A stretch of 64,000 bases of DNA from Eledone cirrhosa. Taxonomy: Eukaryota. The notes beneath the pieces are model-generated. The model saw only the letters and a program-made list of their open reading frames with translations. It did not search any database and was not told the origin of the DNA. Where the stretch lies: contig OZ024740.1 in NCBI GenBank assembly GCA_964016885.1, positions 59,892,001-59,956,000 on the forward strand. Reading direction: 5' to 3'. This document shows positions 1 to 12,600 of the stretch, piece by piece. The position numbers were made by a program, and so were the translations under genes. The stretch's first letter is position 1, and every line of letters begins with the position of its first letter.

Positions 1-489
1 ACCACCTTACAGTGTGGGTTGGCTGCTTTTAGTTATGACTCCTAGAAGACCACTTTACAGTGTGGGCTGGATGCTTTTAGTTGTGACACCTACAAGACCA
101 CTTTACAGTGTGGGTTGGGTGCTTTTAGTTGTGACTCCTACAAGACCACATTACAGTGTGGGCTGGATACTTTTATTTGTGACACCTACAAGACGACTTT
201 ACAGTGTGGGTTGGGTGCTTTTAGTTGTGACTCCTACAAGACCACTTTACAGTGTGGGTTGGGTGCTTTTATTTGTGACTCCTACAAGACCACTTTACAG
301 TGTGGGTTGGGTGCTATTATTTGTGAAACCTACAAGACCACTTTACAGTGTGGGCTGGATACTTTTATTTGTGACACCTACAAGACGACTTTACAGTGTG
401 GGTTGGGTGCTTTTAGTTGTGACATCTACATGACCACTTTACAGTGTGGGTTGGGTGCTTTTATTGTGACACCTACAAGACCATTTTAC

Positions 490-3400
490 AGTGTGGGCTG
501 GGTGCTTTTAGTTGTGACACCTACATGAACACTTTACAGTGTGGGTTGGGTGCTTTTAGTTGTGACTCGTACAAGACCACTTTACAGTGTGGGCTGGATG
601 CTTTTAGTTGTGACACATACATGACCACTTTACAGTGTGGGTTGGCTGCTTTTCGTTATGACTCCTACAAGACCACTTTACAGTGTGGGCTGGATGCTTT
701 TAGTTGTGACACCTGCAAGAACACTTTACAGTGTGGGCTGGATGCTTTTAGTTGTGACTCCTACAAGACCACTTTACAATGTGGGTTGGGTGCTTTTAGT
801 TGTGACTCATACAAAACCACCTTACAGTGTGGGCTGGGTGCTTTTATTTGTGACTCCTACAAGACCACTTTACAGTGTGGGCTGGGTGCTTTTATTTGTG
901 ACTCCTACAAGACCACTGAACAGTGTGGGCTGGGTGCTTTTAGTTGTGACTCCTACAAGACCACTTTACAGTGTGGGCTGGGTTCTTTTAGTTGTGACTA
1001 CTACAAGACCACTTTACAGTGTGCGTTGGGTGCTTTTAGTTGTGACATCTGCATGACCACTTTACAGTGTGGGCTGGGTGCTTTTAGTTGTGACTCCTAC
1101 AAGACCACTTTACAGTGTGGGCTGAGTGCTTTTAGTTGTGACTCCTACAAGACCACTTTACAGTGTGGGCTGGATACTTTTAGTTGTGACACCTACAAGA
1201 CCACTTTACAGTGTGCGTTGGGTGCTTTTAGTTGTGACATCTACATGACCACTTTACAGTGTGGGTTGGGTGCTTTTATTGTGACACCTACAAGACCACT
1301 TTACAGTGTGGGCTGGGTGCTTTTAGTTGTGACTCCTACAAAACCACTTTACAGTGTGGGTTGGGTGCTTTTATTTGTGACACCTAAATGACCACTTTAC
1401 AGTGTGGGTTGGGTGCTTTTAGTTGTGTCTCCTACAAGACCACTTAACAGTGTGGGCTGGGTGCTTTTAATTGTGACTGCTACAAGACCACTTTACAGTG
1501 TGGGTTGGGTGCTTTTAGTTGTGACTCCTACAAGACGACTTTACAGTGTGGGTTGGGTGCATTTAGTTGTAACATCTACATGACCACTTTACAGTGTGGG
1601 TTGGGTGCTTTTATTGTGACACCTACAAGACCACTTTACAGTGTGGGCTGGATGCTTTTATTTGTGACACCTACAAGACCACTTTACAGTGTGGGTTGGG
1701 TGCTTTTATTTGTGACACCTACATGAACACTTTACAGTGTGGGTTGGGTGCTTTTATTTGTGACTCTTACAAGACCACTTTACAGTTTGGGTTGGATGCT
1801 TTTATTTGTGACACCTACAAGACCACTTTACAGTGTGCGTTGGGTGCTTTTAGTTGTGACTCCTACAAGACCACTTTACGGTGTGCATTGGGTGCTTTTA
1901 GTTGTGACACCTGCATGACCACTTTACAGTGTGGGCTGGGTGCTTTTAGTTGTGACACCTACATGACTACTTTACAGTGTGGGCTGGGTGCTTTTAGTTG
2001 TGACTCCTACAAAACCACTTTACAGTGTGGGTTGGGTGCTTTTATTTGTGACACCTAAATGACCACTTTACAGTGTGGGTTGGGTGCTTTTAGTTGTAAC
2101 TCCTACAAGACCACTTTACAGTGTGGGCTGTGTGCTTTTAGTTGTGACTCCTATAAGACCACTTTACAGTTTGGGTTGGGTGCTTTTATTTGTGACACCT
2201 ACATGACCACTTTACAGTGTCGGTTGGGTGCTTTTATTTGTGACTCCTACAAGACCACTTTACAGTTTGGGTTGGATGCTTTTATTTGTGACACCTCCAA
2301 GACCACTTTATAGTGTGGGTTGGGTGCTTTTATTTGTGACTCCTACAAGACCACTTTACAGTGTGGGCTGGGTGCTTTTATTTGTGACACCTACAAGACC
2401 ACTTTACAGTGTGGGCTGGATACTTTTATTTGTGACACATACAAGATCACTTTACAGTGTGGGTTGGGTGCTTTTAGATGTGACATCTACATGACCACTT
2501 TACAGTGTGGGTTGGGTGCTTTTATTGTGACACCTACAAGACCACTTTACAGTGTGGGCTGGATGCTTTTAGTTGTGACAGCTACAAGACCACTTTACAG
2601 TGTGGTTTGGGTGCATTTAGTTGTGACACATACATGACCACTTTACAATGTGGGCTGGGTGCTTTTATTTGTGACTCCTACAAGACCACTTTACAGTGTG
2701 GGCTGGGTGCTTTTATTTGTGACACCTACAAGACCACTTTACAGTGTGGGCTGGGTGCTTTTAGTTGTGACACCTACATGACCACTTTACATTGTGGGTT
2801 GGGTGCTTTTATTTGTGACACTTACATGACCACTTATCAGTGTGGCTTGGGTGCTTTTAGTTGTGACTCCTACAAGACCACTTTACAGTGTGGGCTGGGT
2901 TCTTTTAGTTGTGGCATCTGCATGACCACTTTACGGTGTGGGCTGGGTCCTTTTAGTTGTGACTCCTACAAGACCACTTTACAGTGTGGGCTGGGTTCTT
3001 TTAGTTGTGACATCTGCATGACCACTTTACAGTGTGGGTTGGGTGCTTTTAGTTGTGACTCCTACAAGACCACTTTACAGTGTGGGCTGGGTTCTTTTAG
3101 TTGTGACATCTGCATGACCACTTTACAGTGTGAGCTGGATGCTTGTGGCTCCTACAAGAACACTTTACAGTGTGGGTTGGGTGCTATTATTTGTGAAACC
3201 TACAAGACCACTTTACACTGTGGGTTGGGTGCTTTTAGATGTGACATCTACATGACCACTTTACAGTGTGAGCTGGATGCTTGTGGCTCCTACAAGAACA
3301 CTTTACAGTGTGGGTTGAGTGCTTTTATTGTGACACCTACAAGACCACTTTACAGTGTGGGCTGGATGCTTTTATTTGTGACTCCTACAAGACCACTTTA

Positions 3401-6400
3401 CAGTGTGGGCTTCTGTGCTTTTAGTTGTGACACCTACATGACCACTTTACGGTGTGGGTTGGGTACTTTTAGTTGTGACTCGTACAAGACCACTTTACAG
3501 TGTGGGCTGGATGCTTTTAGTTGTGACTCCTACAAGACCACTTTACAGTGTGGGTTGGGTGCATTTAGTTGTGACACATACATGACCACCTTACAGTGTG
3601 GGTTGGCTGCTTTTAGTTATGACTCCTACAAGACCACTTTACAGTGTGGGCTGGATGCTTTTAGTTGTGACACCTACAAGACCACTTTACAGTGTGGGTT
3701 GGGTGCTTTTAGTTGTGACTCCTACAAGACCACATTACAGTGTGGGCTGGGTGCTTTTATTTGTGACACCTACAAGACCACTTTACAGTGTGGGCTGGGT
3801 GCTTTTAGTTGTGACACCTACATGACCACTTTACATTGTGGGTTGGGTGCTTTTATTTGTGACACTTACATGACCACTTATCAGTGTGGCTTGGGTGCTT
3901 TTAGTTGTGACTCCTACAAGACCACTTTACAGTGTGGGCTGGGTACTTTTAGTTGTGACATCTGCATGACCACTTTACAGTGTGGGCTGGGTCCTTTTAG
4001 TTGTGACATCTGCATGACCACTTTACAGTGTGGGTTGGGTACTTTTAGTTGTGACTCCTACAAGACCACTTTACAGTGTGGGCTGGGTTCTTTTAGTTGT
4101 GACATCTGCATGACCACTTTACAGTGTGGGCTGGGTGCTTTTAGTTGTGACACCTACATGAACACTTTACAGTGTGGGTTGGGTGCTTTTAGTTGTGACT
4201 CGTACAAGACCACTTTACAGTGTGGGCTGGATGCTTTTAGTTGTGACTCCTACAAGACCACATTACAGTGTGGGTTGGGTGCATTTAGTTGTGACACATA
4301 CATGACCACATTACAGTGTGGGTTGGCTGCTTTTCGTTATGACTCCTACAAGAGCACTTTACAGTGTGGGCTGGATGCTTTTAGTTGTGACACCTGCAAG
4401 AACACTTTACAGTGTGGGTTGGATGCTTTTAGTTGTGACTCCTACAAGACCACTTTACAGTGTGGGTTGGGTGCTTTTAGTTGTGACTCATACAAGACCA
4501 CTTTACAGTGTGGGCTGGGTGCTTTTCTTTGTGACTCCTACAAGACCACTGAACAGTGTGGGCTGGGTGCTTTTAGTTGTGACTCCTACAAGACCATTTT
4601 ACAGTGTGGGCTGGGTTCTTTTAGTTGTGACTCCTACAAGACCACTTTACAGTGTGCGTTGGGTGCTTTTAGTTGTGACATCTGCATGACCACTTTACAG
4701 TGTGGGCTGGGTGCTTTTATTGTGACACCTACAAGACCACTTTACAGTGTGGGCTGGGTGCTTTTAGTTGTGACTCCTACAAAACCACTTTACAGTGTGG
4801 GTTGGGTGCTTTTATTTGTGACACCTAAATGACCACTTTACAGTGTGGGTTGGGTGCTTTTAGTTGTGTCTCCTACAAGACCACTTAACAGTGTGGTCTG
4901 GGTGCTTTTAATTGTGACTGCTACAAGACCACTTTACAGTGTGGGTTGGGTGCTTTTAGTTGTGACTCCTACAAGACGACTTTACAGTGTGGGTTGGGTG
5001 CTTTTAGTTGTAACATCTACATGACCACTTTACAGTGTGGGTTGGGTGCTTTTATTGTGACACCTACAAGACCACTTTACAGTGTGGGCTGGATGCTTTT
5101 ATTTGTGACACCTACAAGACCACTTTACAGTGTGGGTTGGGTGCTTTTATTTGTGACACCTACATGACCACTTTACAGTTTGGCTTGGATGCTTTTATTT
5201 GTGACACCTACAAGACCACTTTACAGTGTGCGTTGGGTGCTTTTAGTTGTGACTCCTACAAGACCACTTTACGGTGTGCATTGGGTGCTTTTAGTTGTGA
5301 CACCTGCATGACCACTTTACAGTGTGGGCTGGGTGCTTTTAGTTGTGACACCTACATGACCACTTTACAGTGTGGGCTGGGTGCTTTTAGTTGTGACTCC
5401 TACAAAACCACTTTACAGTGTGGGTTGGGTGCTTTTATTTGTGACACCTAAATGACCACTTTACAGTGTGGGTTGGGTGCTTTTAGTTGTGACTCCTACA
5501 AGACCACTTTACAGTGTGGACTGGGTGCTTTTAATTGTGACTGCTACAAGACCACTTTACAGTGTGGGTTGGGTGCTTTTAGTTGTGACTCCTATAAGAC
5601 CACTTTACAGTTTGGGTTGGGTGCTTTTATTTGTGACACCTACATGACCACTTTACAGTGTCGGTTGGGTGCTTTTATTTGTGACTCCTACAAGACCACT
5701 TTACAGTTTGGGTTGGATGCTTTTATTTGTGACACCTACAAGACCACTTTACAGTGTGGGTTGGGTGCTTTTATTTGTGACTCCTACAAGACCACTTTAC
5801 AGTGTGGGCTGGGTGCTTTTATTTGTGACACCTACAAGACCACTTTACAGTGTGGGCTGGATACTTTTATTTGTGACACCTACAAGATCACTTTACAGTG
5901 TGGGTTGGGTGCTTTTAGATGTGACATCTACATGACCACTTTACAGTGTGGGTTGGGTGCTTTTGTTGTGACACCTACAAGACCACTTTACAGTGTGGGC
6001 TGGATGCTTTTATTTGTGACTCCTACAAGACCACTTTACAGTGTGGGCTGGGTGCTTTTAGTTGTGACACCTACAAGACCACTTAACAGTGTGGGTTGGG
6101 TGCTTTTAGTTGTGACTCGTACAAGACCACTTTACAGTGTGGGCTGGATGCTTTTAGTTGTGACTCCTACAAGACCACTTTACAGTGTGGTTTGGGTGCA
6201 TTTAGTTGTGACACATACATGACCACTTTACAGTGTGGGCTGGGTGCTTTTATTTGTGACTCCTACAAGACCACTTTACAGTGTGGGCTGGGTGCTTTTA
6301 TTTGTGACACCTACAAGACCACTTTACAGTGTGGGCTGGGTGCTTTTAGTTGTGACACCTACATGACCACTTTACATTGTGGGTTGGGTGCTTTTATTTG

Positions 6401-7700
6401 TGACACTTACATGACCACTTATCAGTGTGGCTTGGGTGCTTTTAGTTGTGACTCCTACAAGACCACTTTACAGTGTGGGCTGGGTTCTTTTAGTTGTGAC
6501 ATCTGCATGACCATTTTACGGTGTGGGCTGGGTCCTTTTAGTTGTGACTCCTACAAGACCACTTTACAGTGTGGGCTGGGTTCTTTTAGTTGTGACATCT
6601 GCATGACCACTTTACAGTGTGGGTTGGGTGCTTTTAGTTGTGACTCCTACAAGACCACTTTACAGTGTCGGCTGGGTTCTTTTAGTTGTGACATCTGCAT
6701 GACCACTTTACAGTGTGAGCTGGATGCATTAATTGTGACTCCTACAAGACCACTTTACAGTGTGGGTTGGGTGCTATTATTTGTGAAACCTACAAGACCA
6801 CTTTACAGTGTGGGTTGGGTGCTTTTAGATGTGACATCTACATGACCACTTTACAGTGTGGGTTGAGTGCTTTTATTGTGACACCTACAAGACCACTTTA
6901 CAGTGTGGGCTGGATGCTTTTATTTGTGACTCCTACAAGACCACTTTACAGTGTGGGCTGGGTGCTTTTAGTTGTGACACCTACATGACCACTTTACGGT
7001 GTGGGTTGGGTACTTTTAGTTGTGACTCGTACAAGACCACTTTACAGTGTGGGCTGGATGCTTTTAGTTGTGACTCCTACAAGACCACTTTACAGTGTGG
7101 GTTGGGTGCATTTAGTTGTGACACATACATGACCACCTTACAGTGTGGGTTGGCTGCTTTTAGTTATGACTCCTACAAGACCACTTTACAGTGTGGGCTG
7201 AATGCTTTTAGTTGTGACACCTACAAGACCACTTTACAGTGTGGGTTGGGTGCTTTTAGTTGTGACTCCTACAAGACCACATTACAGTGTGGGCTGGGTG
7301 CTTTTATTTGTGACACCTACAAGACCACTTTACAGTGTGGGCTGGGTGCTTTTAGTTGTGACACCTACATGACCACTTTACATTGTGGGTTGGGTGCATT
7401 TATTTGTGACACTTACATGACCACTTATCAGTGTGGCTTGGGTGCTTTTAGTTGTGACTCCTACAAGACCACTTTACAGTGTGGGCTGGGTACTTTTAGT
7501 TGTGACATCTGCACGACCACTTTACAGTGTGGGCTGGGTCCTTTTAGTTGTGACATCTGCATGACCACTTTACAGTGTGGGTTGGGTGCTTTTAGTTGTG
7601 ACTCCTACAAGACCACTTTACAGTGTGGGCTGGGTTCTTTTAGTTGTGACATCTGCATGACCACTTTACAGTGTGGGCTGGGTCCTTTTAGTTGTGACAT
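490..7700. repeat. Imperfect higher-order duplication, period about 3.4 kb
   Basis: Identical or near-identical ORF pairs at offset 3441 (1505/4946, 1594/5035, 2228/5669). Shared rare variants such as TTTTCGTTATG, ACTGAACAG and GTGTCTCC...CACTTAAC. Boundaries are approximate. Confidence 0.8.
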
Positions 7701-9650
7701 CTGCATGACCACTTTACAGTGTGGGTTGGGTGCTTTTATTTGTGACTCCTACAAGACCACTTTACAGTGTGGGCTGGGTGCTTTTATTTGTGACACCTAC
7801 AAGACCACTTTACAGTGTGGGCTGGATACGTTTATTTGTGACACCTACAAGATCACTTTACAGTGTGGGTTGTGTGCTTTTAGATGTGACATCTACATGA
7901 CCACTTTACAGTGTGGGTTGGGTGCTTTTATTGTGACACCTACAAGACCACTTTACAGTGTGGGCTGGATGCTTTTAGTTGTGTCACCTACAAGACCACT
8001 TAACAGTGTGGGTTGGGTGCTTTTAGTTGTGACTCGTACAAGACCACTTTACAGTGTGGGCTGGATGCTTTTAGTTGTGACTCCTACAAGACCACTTTAC
8101 AGTGTGGTTTGGGTGCATTTAGTTGTGACACATACATGACCACTTTACAGTGTGGGCTGGGTGCTTTTATTTGTGACTCCTACAAGACCACTTTACAGTG
8201 TGGGCTGGGTGCTTTTATTTGTGACACCTACAAGACCACTTTACAGTGTGGGCTGGGTGCTTTTAGTTGTGACACCTACATGACCACTTTACATTGTGGG
8301 TTGGGTGCTTTTATTTGTGACACTTACATGACCACTTATCAGTGTGGCTTGGGTGCTTTTAGTTGTGACTCCTACAAGACCACTTTACAGTGTGGGCTGG
8401 GTTCTTTTAGTTGTGACATCTGCATGACCACTTTACGGTGTGGGCTGGGTCCTTTTAGTTGTGACTCCTACAAGACCACTTTACAGTGTGGGCTGGGTTC
8501 TTTTAGTTGTGACATCTGCATGACCACTTTACAGTGTGGGTTGGGTGCTTTTAGTTGTGACTCCTACAAGACCACTTTACAGTGTGGGCTGGGTTCTTTT
8601 AGTTGTGACATCTGCATGACCACTTTACAGTGTGAGCTGGATGCTTTAATTGTGACTCCTACAAGACCACTTTACAGCGTGGGTTGGGTGCTATTATTTG
8701 TGAAACCTACAAGACCACTTTACAGTGTGGGTTGGGTGCTTTTAGATGTGACATCTACATGACCACTTTACAGTGTGGGTTGAGTGCTTTTATTGTGACA
8801 CCTACAAGACCACTTTACAGTGTGGGCTGGATGCTTTTATTTGTGACTCCTACAAGACCACTTTACAGTGTGGGCTGGGTGCTTTTAGTTGTGACACCTA
8901 CATGACCACTTTACGGTGTGGGTTGGGTACTTTTAGTTGTGACTCGTACAAGACCACTTTACAGTGTGGGCTGGATGCTTTTAGTTGTGACTCCTACAAG
9001 ACCACTTTACAGTGTGGGTTGGGTGCATTTAGTTGTGACACATACATGACCACCTTACAGTGTGGGTTGGCTGCTTTTAGTTATGACTCCTACAAGACCA
9101 CTTTACAGTGTGGGCTGGATGCTTTTAGTTGTGACACCTACAAAACCACTTTACAGTGTGGGTTGGGTGCTTTTAGTTGTGACTCCTACAAGACCACATT
9201 ACAGTGTGGGCTGGGTGCTTTTATTTGTGACACCTACAAGACCACTTTACAGTGTGGGCTGGGTGCTTTTAGTTGTGACACCTACATGACCACTTTATAT
9301 TGTGGGTTGGGTGCTTTTATTTGTGACACTTACATGACCACTTATCAGTGTGGCTTGGGTGCTTTTAGTTGTGACTCCTACAAGACCACTTTACAGTGTG
9401 GGCTGGGTACTTTTAGTTGTGACATCTGCACGACCACTTTACAGTGTGGGCTGGGTCCTTTTAGTTGTGACATCTGCATGACCACTTTACAGTGTGGGTT
9501 GGGTGCTTTTAGTTGTGACTCCTACAAGACCACTTTACAGTGTGGGCTGGGTTCTTTTAGTTGTGACATCTTCATGACCACTTTACAGTGTGGGCTGGGT
9601 CCTCTTAGTTGTGACATCTGCATGACCACTTTACAGTGTGGGTTGGGTGC
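5760..9650. repeat. Higher-order tandem duplication, period 1917 bp (40 monomers minus 3 bp)
   Basis: ORF pairs 6096/8013, 6767/8684 and 6856/8773 are all offset by 1917 with near-identical translations. Boundaries are approximate. Confidence 0.85.
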
Positions 9651-12600
9651 TTTTAGTTGTGACTCCTACAAGACCACTTTACAGTGTGAGCTGGATGCTT
9701 TAATTTTGACTCCTACAAGACCACTTTACAGTGTGGGTTGGGTGCTTTTAGTTGTGACTCCTACAAGACCACTTTACAGTGTGGGTTTGGGTGCTTTTAG
9801 TTGTGACTCCTACAAGACCACTTTACAGTGTGGGTTGGGTGCTTTTATTTGTGACTCCTACAAGACCACTTTACAGTGTGGGTTGGGTGCTATTATTTGT
9901 GAAACCTACAAGACCACTTTACAGTGTGGGCTGGATGCTTTTAGTTGTGACACCTGCAAGAACACATTACAGTGTGGACTGGATGCTTTTAGTTGTGACT
10001 CCTACAAGACCACTTTACAGTGTGGGTTGGGTGCTTTTAGTTGTGACTCATACAAGACCACTTTACAGCAGTGTGTGCTGGGTGCTTTTAGTTGTGACTC
10101 CTACAAGACCCCTTTACAGTGTGGGCTGGGTGCTTTTATTTGTGACACCTACAAGACCACTTTACAGTGTGGGCTGCGTTCTTTTAGTTGTGACACCTAC
10201 ATGACCACTTTACATTGTGGGTTGGGTGCTTTTAGTTGTGACACTTACATGACCACTTATCAGTGTGGCTTGGGGGCTTTTAGTTGTGACTCCTACATGA
10301 CCACTTAACAGTGTGGGCTGGGTGCTTTTATTTGTGACACTTACATGACCACTTTACAGTGTGGGCTGGATGCTTTTAGTTGTGACTCGTACAAGACCAC
10401 TTTACAGTGTGGGCTGGGTGCTTTTAGTTGTGACTCCTACAAGACCACTTTACAGTGTGGGCTGAGTGCTTTTAGTTGTGTCACCTACGTGACCACTTTA
10501 CAGTGTGGGCTGGGTGCTTTTATTTGTGACACTTACATGACCACTTTACAGTGTGGGCTGGGTGATTTTAGTTGTGACTCCTACAAGACCACTTTACAGT
10601 GTGAGCTTGATGCTTTTAGTTGTGATTCGTACAAGACCACTTTACAGTGTGGGTTGGCTGCTTTTAGTTATGACTCCTACAAGATCACTTTACAGTGTGG
10701 GCTGGATGATTTTAGTTGTGACACCTACAAGACCACTTTACAGTGTGGGCTGGATGCTTTTAGTTGTGACTCCTACAAGACCACTTTACAGTGTGGGTTG
10801 GTTGCTTTTAGTTGTGACTCCTACTAGACCACTTTACAGTGTGGGCTTGGTGCTTTTATTTGTGACTCCTACAAGACCACTTTACATTGTGGGTTGGGTG
10901 CTTCTATTTGTGACACATACATGACCACTTATCAGTGTGGCTTGGGTGCTTTTAGTTGTGACTCCTACAAGACCACTTTACAGTGTGGGCTGGGTGCTTT
11001 TAGTTGTGATTCCTACAAGACCACTTTACAGTGTGTGTTGGGTGCTTTTATTTGTGACACTTACATGACCACTTTGCAGTGTGGGCTGGATGCTTTTAGT
11101 TGTGACTCGTACAAGACCACTTTACAGTGTGGGCTGGGTGCTTTTAGTTGTGACTCCTACAAGACCACTTTACAGTGTGGGCTGAGTGCTTTTAGTTGTG
11201 ACACCTACATGACCACTTTACAGTGTGGGTTGGGTGCTTTTATTTGTGACACTAACATGACCACTTTACAGTGTGGGCTGGATGCTTTTAGTTGTGACTC
11301 GTACAAGACCACTTTACAGCGTGGACTGGATGCTTTTATTTATGACACCTACAAGACCACTCAACAGTGGGCTGGGTGCTTTTAGTTGTGACTCCTACAA
11401 GACCACTTTACAGTGTGGGCTGGATGCTTTTATTTGTGACACCTACAAGACCACTCAACAGTGGGCTGGGTGCTTTTAGTTGTGACTCCTACAAGACCAC
11501 TCAACAGTGGGTTGGATGCTTTTAGTTGTGACTCCTACAAGACCACTTTACAGTGTGGGCTGCTGGATGCTTTTAGTTCTGACTCCTACAAGACCACTTT
11601 ATAGTGTGGGTTGGATGCTTTTATTTGTGACTCCTACAAGATCACTTTAGAGTGTGGGCTGGATGCTTTTAGTTGTGACTCCTACAAGACCACTCAACAG
11701 TGGGGTGGGTGCTTTTAGTTGTGACTCCTACAAGACCACTTTACAGTGTGGGCTGGGTGCTTTTAGTTTTGACTCCTACAAGACCACTCAACAGTGGGCT
11801 GGGTGCTTTTAGTTGTGACTCCTACAAGACCACTTTACAATGTGGATTGGGTGCTTTTAGTTGTGACTCCTACAAGACCACTTTATAGTGTGAGTTGGAT
11901 GCTTTTATTTGTGACTCCTACAAGACCACTTTAGAGTGTGGGGTGGATGCTTTTAGTTGTGACTCCTACAAGACCACTCAACAGTGGGCTGGGTGCTTTT
12001 AGTTGTGACTCCTACAAGACCACTTTACAGTGTGGATTGGGTTCTTTTAGTTGTGACACCTACATGACCACTTTACAGTGTGGGTTGGGTACTTTTAGTT
12101 GTGACACCTACATGAACACTTTACAGTGTGGGCTGGATGCTTTTAGTTGTGACTCCTACAAGACCACTTTACAGTGTGGGCTGGGTGCTTTTAGTTGTGA
12201 CTCCTACAAGACACTTTACAGTGTGTCTTGGATGCTTTTAGGTGTGACTCCTACAAGACCACTTTACAGTGTGGGCTGGATGCTTTTAGTTGTGACACCT
12301 GCAAGAACACTTTACAGTGTGGGCTGGATGCTTTTAATTGTGACTCGTACAAGACCACTTTAAAGTGTGGGGTGGATGCTTTTAGTTGTAACACCTACAA
12401 GACCACTTTACAGTGTGGGCTGGATGCTTTTAGTTGTGACATCTACATGACCACTTTACAGTGTGGGTTGGGTGCTTTTAGTTGTGACTCCTACATGACC
12501 ACTTTACAATGTGGGCTAGGTGCTTTTAGTTGTGACTCGTACAAGACCACTTTATAGTGTGCGTTGGGTGCTTTTAGTTGTGACATCTGCATGACCACTT

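Noticed and set aside
64-120. G-quadruplex or telomeric repeat
   Set aside because: There are at most two GGG tracts per monomer, separated from the next pair by about 40 nt, and the second tract is often broken by G>A. No short telomeric unit is present.
14-433. Hydrophobic (VGWVLLVVTPTRPLYS)n ORFs resembling membrane proteins
   Set aside because: This is the alternate frame of the same repeat, closed by TGA whenever the common ATG variant occurs. Starts are arbitrary GTG/TTG codons.
2505-4832. Long Cys-rich ORFs of (TTLQCGLGAFSCDSYK)n, up to 775 aa, superficially zinc-finger or metallothionein-like
   Set aside because: A 48-bp unit without a stop in one frame gives long ORFs automatically. 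Frameshifting 46, 47 and 49-bp monomers and in-frame stops (TAA, TAG) are frequent and get amplified. Most common variants are non-synonymous (G/D, S/I, S/T, K/M). There are no His ligands, no 28-aa period and no unique termini.
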